This document shows positions 51,611 through 62,497 of a DNA stretch of 64,000 nt, one piece after another. The stretch is from Phoronis australis (Eukaryota; Animalia; Phoronida). Below the pieces are notes generated by a model. It saw nothing but the letters and a program-made list of their open reading frames with translations, had not been told where the DNA came from and ran no database searches. Each line of letters starts with the position of its first letter. Positions within the stretch are counted from its first letter, which is position 1. Position numbers and translations under genes: made by a program. Where the stretch lies: the NCBI GenBank assembly GCA_002633005.1, contig NMRA01000083.1, forward strand, positions 1,007,725 to 1,071,724. The letters are read 5' to 3'.

Positions 51611-53265
51611 CAGGGTTCGACGCTATTAAAATCGCCAGGTCGCATTTTGCGACCTAGCCAAAATCCCAGGTCGCTTTTTCGAAATCCAGCTCGCATTCAT
51701 AAATGCCAGTTTGCAAAATTTCCCGCAATTTTTATGCGCCAAAATTGATTTTTTAGATCATCGAGAAAATGTTTAGATTATACTGCAACGTTAAATACTC
51801 ACAAATTTTAGATTGCAAAATTGAGTTCGTTCATGCAGGTACGGCATTACTGTTCTTCACGACTGCCATTGAAAGGTTCTGGAGCGCAAGGCAAGTTGCT
51901 GACGTGTATGTTGAATCAGTGCTCTCTACCTGACACATGCATTCGAGTAGCTAAGTTTGCGATGTAAAAGGGAGAAAATGCCCGTTGAAAAAATTCCGCG
52001 ATTTTGCCAGGTCTGACTTGCTACTGCCTGTCATCAAAGTCGTTAAAGATCCAAACTAACTCGGAATGCAAATTCTCTCCACTTTTTGTTCGCAGCCCAA
52101 ATTTTGCAACTTAACTCGACGTTTGAAAAATCTTTGTCGAAAAAAATCCGTGAAACGGTGCCCTAACCGAATGACGTATTTAGATGCACAGGAACAATTT
52201 AGTGCAAATTTCACAACAAAAATGTGGTACTTATGCTGTTTACGTACTCAACAATTAGTTTCCCATGAAATGAACAGCCTCGAAATAATTTCCGACTCCG
52301 TGCAGGTTTCCATCGGGTAATTGGAGTTTGCCCCTCTACCTTCGAAGTATGGGAAAAATAGGTCAGTCACAAAACGTCACTAGTGTTAACTTTCTTTCGC
52401 AGGCATAAAACAAAGACGGGATTTGGTTTTTACATATTGAGAAAAGACGTTTTTGAAAACTGAATTTGCTATATAGGCTGCGTGTCAATTTTAAACCACG
52501 TGCGGTCGTTTGTAGTGCGCTATGATGGGCGCTAGCCTGAACTGTGGGCGCTTAATTGGAAATTCTCAAAAGTTGAGGCAAAACACTTAATATATCAGTG
52601 AGCGCTTATCATGAAACACTTCAAAGGCAGGGAGTAGGCTTGTGCGTAAGCATAGTCGTTAACCTGAGTGTTTCCAGTAATAAGATATTAAAAGACTGCA
52701 ATGGTAAGAAACGTTACGATTTAGCGAGGCAGACTCCATCTAGCAGGGGTGTCTTTCTGGATATCATTACCACCTACACTGTACCCATTTAGCCACCTGG
52801 AATAATTTTGTTTCTAATTGCTCGCTTCAACCGGAACAAGATTATTTCTATTGGAGACTGAACATCTTACAGCGACAGTGGTATGAAGAGAAGAATAAAA
52901 AGTTCACTAACCACAATTTCGCATAGTACCGGTTTAGTTGCAATAGCTGGCTATGTGCATAGAATATAGGGTTTTGGGAACATCGACCTCGGGAAACATC
53001 GGAACACGAAACTTTCAGTTCTGGGTTATATCGGTCCCGGGTAATATCGTAGAGCATCGGGTCTTTTATACAACCGCCCGGAATCTATGAGTTCATTTTC
53101 AAATAAACCACTGGAACTCGGGTGCTTACCATAGCCAAACCGGTATACTCTTTCATTTAGGACTGTCACTGTTCTCTTTTGATGTGCAGCTTTGCAGAGG
53201 TGTGCACACCAGTTCACGCACTTGAATCGCTGGATTAGGCCTACACTTTACGTTGGCAACACGAG
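51611..53265 (+). mobile_element. Longer relative of the 8439 element (right end not found)
   Basis: 51611-51822 matches 8439-8645 (caggg.tcgacgc..ccaggtcgcattttg.gacctagccaaaatc); 52938-53265 matches 8756-9080. Confidence 0.65.
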
Positions 53266-53320
53266 TGAAACACAAATCATATATCCGATTTGCCTGTAAC
53301 CAGATATTTACGTTCAAAAC

Positions 53321-53413
53321 TGTAGTAATAGCCGAGATTACCCGACCCGGGAATCGAACCAGTGACCACCATAAAACTGGCAAGCGCGCTAACCATTCAG
53401 CTAATAGACAATT
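53321..53413 (-). mobile_element. Truncated LTR of the same TRIM family
   Basis: tgtagtaatagccgagattacccgacccgggaatcgaacc..aaccattcagctaata matches the first ~93 bp of 54181/54568, with intact A and B boxes. Confidence 0.8.
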
Positions 53414-54180
53414 AATTCTTCTGCGTGCGTTTACGCTGCTCAACCACCCAGTATACAACAGTGCGGTTGGTAATCTTGTGATTAGCTAATCCTGCCAGCG
53501 GGCTGAACGCACAGCACAGTCTGATGGCGACGGACAGACACGTTTCATCTCACGATAGAGGACTCTGATTGCGAGCAATTACTCCAAAATAACCAGATGT
53601 ACAGCACATACCCCACCTGCACATCTTCCAAATATTTACCTGTGAAACAGATGCCTGCATTGTTGTATTTTTCATTCACAGTTGTCTTCACACTTTCACT
53701 CAAGTCAAAAACACACGCGGAGTTTCCGTTTCCTGTATTTTGCGCATGAGCTTTGTTCATTTCCGGTGCTTCGTCTTGTATTCCACTCCAGAGTTTTGCA
53801 ATGTTTGCTGTTTGATATCAGGAGATCTCTTTTATCTGAAAGTGTGGTATGTTTTTTTTGAAAATCCGTTATGTGCTTGTCAACTACCTTGACTCATCGC
53901 CGTAGCCTGCACAGTTGAAAAGTTTCAAAATGCCATTTGCCCTGGCTCTTAGTCTCGCACGTCATGGCCATGGGCTATGCGGCATGGACATGGTCCTGCC
54001 AGCCTCCCGTTCAGTAACGCTAGGACCTCGCTAGACTCGCAAGACTTCTCGAAGTTACGTGAGATATTGCCGTGTATTTTAAATGAGAACACGTGACTTT
54101 GACTAGGTTTTAGCTAGGTCCTAGCGTAGGTCTACTGAACGCACACCTGGTCATGGGTCCGACCATACTGTACTACAGTC

Positions 54181-54719
54181 TGTAGTAATAGCCGAGATTA
54201 TACGACCCGGGAATCGAACCAGCTACCGACATAAAACCGGCAAGCGTGCTAACCTTTCAGCTAATAGGCAATTGCCCGATAGCAAGTAGCTAACAGAGGC
54301 TCATATGATTCACCGGAAGCACACATACAACATTCCCCCCTTCCCTACGGAACGGGCACGCGACCAGGAAGGTGAACACCAGGATGTCTCGCATACAGGT
54401 CATCAACGTCCCTTGGTACCTTTACCACCACAACACAGGTGAACACAAGGTAGTCTCTCATTCAGGTCCTTGACTCCTGGAACCTTCTACGCGCGCCGTC
54501 CCGAGGTCTGTGGGTACTAGTTGGCAGTGCTTCATCGGTAGATCATCCGTTTGCCGACTACGCCATTTGTAGTAATAGCCGAGATTACCCGACCCGGGAA
54601 TCGAGCCAGCGACCCCCATAAAACCGGCAAGCGTGCTAACCATTCAGCTAATAGGCAATTGCCCGTTAGCGAGTAGCTAACAGAGGCTCACATGATTCAC
54701 CGGAAGCACATCTACAACC
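54181..54719 (-). mobile_element. TRIM (mini non-autonomous LTR retrotransposon) with tRNA-like Pol III promoter in its LTRs
   Basis: Direct repeats of 152 bp at 54181-54332 and 54568-54719 (~13 mismatches by eye; TG..CA ends, outermost base of the right copy altered). On minus: PBS TGGCGTAGTCGGCA (54552-54565) lies 2 nt after the 5' LTR, and PPT AGGGAAGGGGGGAA (54333-54346) abuts the 3' LTR. The 235-bp internal region has no recognisable gag/pol coding. Each LTR has an A-box (TAGCTGAA(T/A)GG) and a B-box (GG(T/C)TCGATTCC). Confidence 0.88.
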
Positions 54720-55135
54720 CCATAGATTGTTTAGTTATACTATGTCTATAGACAACAGATTCGCAACTCCAACATTTTCTTGTGCACTATCCTAGAGGAG
54801 GCATCACTCTGCTAAATTTTCTGTTTCAGTTTCCAGTTAGTGTATTGTGACGGGAAATTCTCGCATTACTGTCGGGTAATACGGAAAAAAATAATTTCGG
54901 CATTGAAATGCTGTTCAAAGTCTTCCAACAGTAGAACTGTTGGTATCGTGAGTACTTTTAGCAATGCTACTGCCACTCGACCACACAACAGCCGACCAAG
55001 ATTAGCAGACGATATTCTTGTTGGAAATAACACCAGATAATTTGGCCAGGTGTCGCTAGTGAATAATGACGTAACGGCTTGTGCATAAGACCACAGCTTT
55101 TGTCCATTGAAAGTATACGGAGTTGGCGGTCCATT

Positions 55136-55578
55136 TGCTGTGCGTGAACTTGGTATCCTGCTTAATTTCAAGATTAAGCGGATGTTAGTGTTGCGTGAAC
55201 TTGGATTACATGAAGAAACTTGACAAGCTCACTCAAATAATCACGTTCACGTGGATAAAATTTGCACTGCACTAAATCAAACTATATGTTATTAAAATAA
55301 CTTTAAGTTCAACTAATTTTGTTTTCAACTAATTTTTTTTTCAGCTATTGGCGATCTTATTCACCAGACAATAATAGTTTTAATCAATCACAAATTCCTC
55401 CGATTCTTTGACACATTTTTACGGTAAAGGAGAAAGTGAGTGATTATAAGGCCAATAATTACAAAAATTCTTTACATTGAACAAAAAATTTCACCTGATT
55501 GCCCAAATATATCTTCAATTCCAAGTTCACGCATATGTGATCTTGAGATTAAGCAGGATTCCAAGTTCACGCACAGCA
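55136..55578. mobile_element. MITE with TG..CA ends, ~40-bp TIRs and 4-bp TSD (CATT)
   Basis: Left end tgctgtgcgtgaacttggtatcctgcttaatttcaagat; right end atcttgagattaagcaggattccaagttcacgcacagca. catt is present at 55132-55135 and 55579-55582. Confidence 0.8.
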
Positions 55579-55740
55579 CATTCACTATTTATTAGTCTAT
55601 GGTCCGACGTACACGGACAACATGTCTTGATCTGGATCAGCCGGTTTTCTCTTGGGTAGGAGGTGGGTCTGTGTTGGATGTTGGGCCTGACAGTACGGCC
55701 AATTGGGTGTTACTAAGCTCACAATGTACTTCTAATTGTC

Positions 55741-55861
55741 TGTGTTTTGAAACGTGCTTCCGGTGAATCATATATAAGCCTCTGTTAGCCACTCGCTAAT
55801 TACAGATAAATTGGGGTCACTGGTTTGACTCACGAGTCAAGCAATTTGGGCTATTACGACA
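55741..55861 (+). mobile_element. Degenerate, internally deleted solo LTR of the same TRIM family (opposite orientation)
   Basis: gtgcttccggtgaatcat..gcctctgttagc..ggggtcactggtttgactc..ggctattacgaca is the reverse complement of the LTR with the A-box region missing. Confidence 0.65.
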
Positions 55862-57183
55862 TCTGTTTGAATTAAGAATAAATCCCGTGGATACAGAACA
55901 TCTCACCCTCAGCGAGCATTTGCCGAGTTCGCCTGTTCTTTAATTCAGGTATCCCAATTTTCACTTTCCGTTGTTGTCAACTTCTAGTATGAGCCGTTTC
56001 TGAGTGCCAGGAGTTCTGCATCCCCGCATACACGATTTCCTTGTTTTAGTGGCCTGGCATCCTCATTTCCTATTGGCGACCTGGGAAATTTGCCAGATCG
56101 CATTAGGCGAATTGAGCCCCCGAGCTAAACGTGCTTAAAACACTCTGCCAGTTAGCGAGTAGGGTTTAGTTCAACTAGCAGAGCAATAGGCTGCAGGTTC
56201 TAATCCACGCTGAGTCTGATTTCATAAATTTTGTGTCAGATTTTTTCCCAGGTTTTACCCACATCTTTTCAAAACTGTATGTTGACTACACCTTGGTACC
56301 AGGGGTGTCTCAAACTTTGTTCTGTATCATCATGCACAGAGCCATCTAGTGGCAGTGTACAATATTTTGTTAATGATCTTGTAGTGCAAAGGTAAAATAC
56401 TTCTTTCCGAAGTTTCACAATTCACAGGTGTCCATGTTTTAGTCACATCAGACTCCAATCTACAAATTTTTACAAAACTGGTATTCAACAAACTAATTTT
56501 AGAATATTCTGGTCTTTCGAAGTGTCATGGCGGATTTGGCACTTTTGGGTTTCTAAAAGAGCTTCTGGATAATGTGGAAATGTCCAATTCCCTGAAGTGA
56601 TTTTGCATGCTAAAAAATCTTCAGAGGGCTCTTTTTCAAAAAAGTTGGTGGGGCTCTTTCAGAAACTTGTGTTGCCAATAGCAGTGCACTTGTCAGCCGT
56701 GAACTGTACAGGAATTTTTTTAGTTGCTTATTGAAAAATAATACATGCTTTGATGTCTCCTTTGTTGCGACCATTTTGCATTTTGTCATAATAAATATAA
56801 CTTGTGATGTTGAAAGCTTTAACTATAGGAATTATCTCGTTAAATCATGAGTAACTCAGTATCTTGACAATGTGAAGCAGATTCTGTTATGAGTTTATTT
56901 TCATTTTTCTATGTTCGTATAACTGTGGAATCATCCCCATGCCAATGTGACATTCCCCATACTTTTTATCCAATGCTAAACAGATATTGACGATCCAAGT
57001 TTACCTTCCATGTCAGTGAACCTGGAGATATGTCACCACATCTCTCATCAATCTTCGAGTGGTTTTGCACATAGGCATTTGCGATTAATCCCATTAGGGA
57101 CAGTCTGACAATTGTGACATGAATGACTCGTATCATTGCATTCATTTCAGACAGTCTTCAAAAAGTGGCCACTGTTCTTGACG

Positions 57184-60100
57184 ATGGCTTCTGGAAATCC
57201 TGGGAAGCATCGAAGAAACAAATGGTGTATAGATTTCCACAGCAGGTAAATTGATGATTTGTCTTTGTGTGGTTGCCATAGGGAGTTTTCAGGATAAAAA
57301 TGATAAAAGTACTTTCCAGCATTAATAACTGCCATGGCTGAACACATGTGAGTAGGAATTATAGAAATGGATGTATCTGTTACTGGACCAACATCAAGTT
57401 GTGTATGAAATGTTTCTTCAAATTATCTAGTAATGGACTGTACAATCATGAAAATTCTGTTGCTTCAGTCATGATGAAAAAATTTTTAGTGCCAGCTGTG
57501 AAAGCCATTTGGGATAGAATCGTGAGCACTGGGCATTCCTAATCACACCTGGTAGCAGGTTGAAACGAATTAAGTTACTTTTTACAGAAAATTTCATTGC
57601 CACTAACTTGATTTGTTTCAATTTGAAGTTTGGGATTTTGGCTCTACTTGTTTAGCGCTGTGTGTGCGACTTATTGTTAGTTATGACGTCATGAAACAAT
57701 TTTTGCATAACTATTCAAGAAAATCTTAGTGCAAGCCATTGTGTCGCATACAATCAGTAAATTTGTATCACTTAAGTTCAAACCATGTATTGTAACAATA
57801 TGAAGAAGAAAACTTTGAACAAGAATAAATTTGCACCTGTTCCAGCATGGACACTTAAATATGTCTTACCATTCGGATATGTGTCGCTTAGGCTATGAAA
57901 ATGTCTGCATCGGACAAGCAGCAAATGGGCATGCAAAGTCTTCCTCACTGATTCCAAAGATATGTTTTACAATGCACAAACTTCGCTATTCTGTATAGTC
58001 CCAAAACCGCCTTATATGAGAACTGAGCTCCTCAGCACCAGGTTATTCAAGCGATGCACCCCTCTTGTCCATTGAAATATACAGTACTGAATAGCCGACT
58101 GTCGTATGAAAGAATTAATGTAATAATGCAACTGCTTACTCACAGTTCTCCGGTCGGATGTCATTGTAGGGACCATTCATCAGTGAGTCACTCTTCCGTC
58201 GCCAGTCCCCCTGGTTACATTGATCACAGAGACCACGGTCACGAGGTGGCCAAGGGTGAAAAAGAAGCAGATTCTCAGCTTATTGTCAAGGTACACTCGC
58301 GCAACCACGTGTGGTTCGCTGGAGACACACTCTTCTGACTATGCTGTGAATGTTTACATGTAAACAATGTTACTTCCAGTAAATTGGATTGGAATACCAA
58401 ATGACACCCTTGTTCACACAACTGTTATTCATTCTAGTGACTAATTTCTAAAACTCCTATGTTTGGCCAACCTTGTAGTACGTTACTGAGTAACCTTTGT
58501 AGTCAAGCAGAATTCACTTGTCTATTAAAAGTATTGGGTTCGGTTAGTCCTAGATTTAACTATCACACGTTTGGAGCTCTTTTGCTCTGTAAATCCAAGT
58601 TTGTGTGTTATATTGGTGACCAAAAGATTACACAATAGTTCAAAATGCAAGATGCATGTTATGTACGGTAGTTCTTATATTTGATATTCTCTCTAGTAAC
58701 TTTTGTAATACTTAAGTTTTGCAATGTTTATCATGTTTCCCAAATTATTTTTTCTTGATAGTTCACCCTAATTAACTTTATAGAGCATTAAAAAATCCTC
58801 AGATAATTTTGTACCTCTTCAGAAACAAAAATTTTGTACTAGTGTAAGTATTTTCTAGTCTGGGGTCGGGAGTGAAAAGTTAATTATTTTGCTCAAGGAC
58901 GGAGCTTGTACTAAATGTGAGAAATAGGTAATATTGGCTGTCTCAAATTTAAGAATTACGATAAACAATAAGTGAAATTGCAAACTCTGGGGATGCATGA
59001 AAACATGACATCAGTTGCCATTTTCAAAGATTTTACAAACTGCAAGTATATTTTTGATACAAAACTGAGTGTTTGATATTTAAGAAGTATGGTGAATGAC
59101 AAAACCATTCAAATCCCAACATTCAGAATCCAGAAAATTCCATTTGGCTTGAATTTCATTTGTCCTAAATTTTAGAGACTGTCCCAAAGTAGAAAATTTT
59201 TGCTGTAAACTGACGGAGTTGCTCTACACAGTTACAGTTTTTCTCAATTTTCTACAATTAAAGCACTTTTTGTTTGTTTTTCAGAGATCATGGGACATAG
59301 CACTTGGCCCCCTCAAGCAGGTGCCCATGAATTTCTTCATCATGTGGATGGCTGGCAGCTCCATCTCCATATTTCCCATTATGATGGTGGGGATGATGTT
59401 CTTCAGGCCAATACAAGCATTCATCAACTACCAGCCAAGTATGTACACACCAGAGGGAGCAGTGACAATACAGCCTGTTGAATACTCTTGAGTTCTTAAA
59501 GTGGAATGGAACCATTTTGATATTATTCGTTAGTAAAAATACAAATCCCTGGACATCATTTTTCCACATTACTTACTGTTCACTTGTGTGTATTTGCTAT
59601 CCATGTAGCAATGGAAAGTGATGTAAATGGCTCAGCAAAAGGCCTGCTTCTTTATTTTACGTTCGCATCCATTCACCAAATACAATGTCCTACTCATTAT
59701 TGAACATAGTCTGTGTCGGTCATTTGTGTTTTCTCAATGGAAGTGAAAACTGAAAGAACATACCGGCCTTTTGTTTCGCCATTTAGGTCTCGCTTTCTTT
59801 TGTTACATGAGAAGTAAATACCATGTCAAGCAACAGTAAATAACGTGGAAATGTCTCTCCACGATAACCTGGAATCTATATTTTTGCTAGAAGATTACAA
59901 AAATTGTTGTATTCCCTTCAAATTTCTATCAAACAGCCATGTGTCTGCTACAGTGGCCACAGTTGCATCTGCAGTAATTATTGCTACATCCTGCAGTCGA
60001 ACTCAGCAATCCTGTAGCTGGATGCAAAAGTTGAATGGCTACCCCTTCAAAATCCAATGGCCAGACTCTGAAAACGTACTACTGGAACTTGAAGTCTCTG

Positions 60101-62497
60101 TCTAGACCCAATGACCTTGAGTCTGACCTTCATAAAGGCTTAGAATCTTCCTGTTTTAAGAGGATTTCTTCTATGTTTGGTTTCGATTTCCTCTATTTGA
60201 TTTCCAGTTTTCTCGTTTTTCATCTTTTTATCATTATTTTTACTTTATTCATGCAAAAACATTTACTTCACTTAAATTTTACTACCCAAAAAATATTTCT
60301 ATCATGCAAGCCGAACGATACATCTTTTGGAAAGTTTCCCTCTTTTTCGTCATTAGTCATTCGAAGCCCTGCTTTATATGGCTGGACCTATAAAGACTCT
60401 CTGGTCAATTCGATGTGATCCAGTGTTCTCCATGACCTGTTTTGACTTGACGCGGTAACAAGTTTGGATTTTGCCACGTCAAGTTTGGGGAAAGCGCGTC
60501 AAGTTTAAAAATTGCCGTGGCAGGTTTAAAATCTTGGCTCATTGGCTTGGCACTTCAGCTCATATTATCAAATCAGAGCCTGATTTTACCAACAGTAAAC
60601 ATACATAGTTCACTTTACTCAGAGCCAGTTAACAGTACCGTATTCGCCGTAATAAGGTGCCTGGGGCGCTTAGTAAAATTCGTTTCTGGGGAGGCGCTAA
60701 TTGTAACCCAAGGGGGTTAAAACCCGGTCTCTGAAATGGGTGAAATCGGAAGCTAGGATTCATCAAATTTACGCTGTGTGATGCATCTGTAGCCTGTGAC
60801 AGACCTTCTACAAAATGGTGGCACATTGCTATCAAAATTCGTTGTTAAATTACGATCGTTTTACAGAAAATTGTGCTGAAATCCCAGGGCAAAAACTCGC
60901 TGATGCACCGCTGCCTCGCGATCGTCGACAGGGCAGCTTGAATAAAAATATATTTTTGACTCAGCAAATTACCTGAAATCCTCACTTAAGTTTTCCAAAT
61001 AGTGTCCCTAAGATTTTAAATTCCTATGGAGTCGGTATTAAGAACAAGATAGGTTCAAATCTGCGCAAGATCGTACCCAGCAGCATGAAAGAAATTTCTG
61101 GATGAACACACGTCGTAGTGACGTGACCTTTGCTTTGAAGGTTGTCTGTGTGTGTGTGTGAGTGAGGGAGCACGTGCATGTCATCAGCGTTCATTTGCCA
61201 GACCAAACTAAATGCAATGTAGGGCCTAATGACTTAGATGTGCATTGTAACTAAAGAAATAACACAAGCAGTGTCACGAGAACGCACTTGCTGATCACAT
61301 CTACTATTAAAACGTGCGAGAATCGTCTCGGTAGGGACTAAGGCCGAATGTCATTGAGTCGCCGGGTGACTGGATGTGTGACACTTATTTTCCAGGAGAT
61401 TTGGGGACGGAGGTGTCCACTATAATTGGGGTATTTTACTTTAAAAACACCAATCATGAATAAATTAAAAGTGATTAATAAAGCAATCCCTCTTAAAAAT
61501 AACGCAACAGTTTTTACAGCATTAGAAACTTTCAGAAATTAGTGCCAATATTTATTTCTTGCCGATATGCTATCTGTAGTTTTGTGGATAGTTCCTGAAG
61601 ACTTAATGCCTGTGATGACAATTGACAGGTATGTAGCGTGTGCTTCCTGGCCACGTGCTTTTAACAACAATTTTTTTATTCATGAGACAGTCGTCAGCTG
61701 AATGGGCACTTCGAGTACAATTCGCGGTTTTCATGTGTACGTAGCCCTACAAAGTGTCAAAAAGTAGGTCAGACCTGACCAATTCAGTGTACATTTTTTG
61801 AAACATATATAAATACCTCCAGTGGATATGTTAAAGCTATAGACTGGAGAAAAGACAGTGCTGACTACTGATATTGAACTCTAGAAATTTGCGTCAAGTT
61901 TGGAATTGGTGTTGTGGAGAACACTGGTGATCATAGGTACAGCTTTAGTGCTTACCGATTGGGGCCATTTGGTTTAGAGGCATTTGGCAGAGCTTTAGTG
62001 AGCCGGGCCCTGAACAGTTAACATGACCTGGCGAGGCCGTCCAGCAAAAGTTCAGCCATGTAATGAGGTTACATCCTGGCAAATGGTGCGCACATTAGGA
62101 GTGGTATGCTCATCAACAATGGACATGTTATTGCTTGTTGCTATGTTGGCTTCTTTTAACTTGTGCTGTAGAAAATCATTTTTCAAAACCTGGTAATGAG
62201 CTCACCATGTAATGTACCTGTGTACTTTTGTAAACTATTTTTTCCAAAAAAGGTTTTGCAGTGTTAAAAAGCAGATGTTACCCATTGATAGTCGATTCTG
62301 GTAAAGTTACTAATAATTATAACTCTTTGTGTTTATCAGCTTTCAAGATGATTGAAGGAGAACAGGCTGTCATTCAAAAAGCTATATGGTTATTCGGCAA
62401 CTTAGCAGCAGTCATCATAGCTTTATACAAATGCCATACTATGGGTCTACTGCCACTATATGCGTCTGATTGGCTGGCTTTTGCCGAGTCTCCGTGG
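57184..62497 (+). CDS. EMC4: ER membrane protein complex subunit 4 (TMEM85), 3' end beyond window
   Basis: Exons 57184-57245 ([18 protein letters not shown]), 58170-58290 ([15 protein letters not shown]), 59285-59438 ([43 protein letters not shown]), 62340-62497 ([28 protein letters not shown]). Phases are consistent; no terminal exon was seen before 64000. The acceptor at 57150 implies a non-coding first exon upstream. Confidence 0.93.
60134..60371. mobile_element. Older, inverted copy of the 16708 MITE family
   Basis: Reverse-complement similarity to 16708-16957 at both ends (ends tcattcgaagccctg); flanks cttcat/ctttat are a 5/6 match to a 6-bp TSD. Confidence 0.65.
60421..61926. mobile_element. 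Non-autonomous hAT-like DNA transposon, 1.5 kb, 6-bp TSD (GTGATC)
   Basis: TIR cagtgttctcca / tggagaacactg; gtgatc on both sides (60415-60420, 61927-61932); subterminal gcgtcaagt motif repeated at both ends. Lies in an EMC4 intron. Confidence 0.8.

Noticed and set aside
53545-53760. Possible transposase remnant ORF
   Set aside because: Only 71 aa, with no recognisable DDE or zinc-finger motif by eye.
54205-54270. Functional tRNA gene
   Set aside because: A and B boxes are present, but I could not fold convincing acceptor and anticodon stems, and the sequence is embedded in an LTR.
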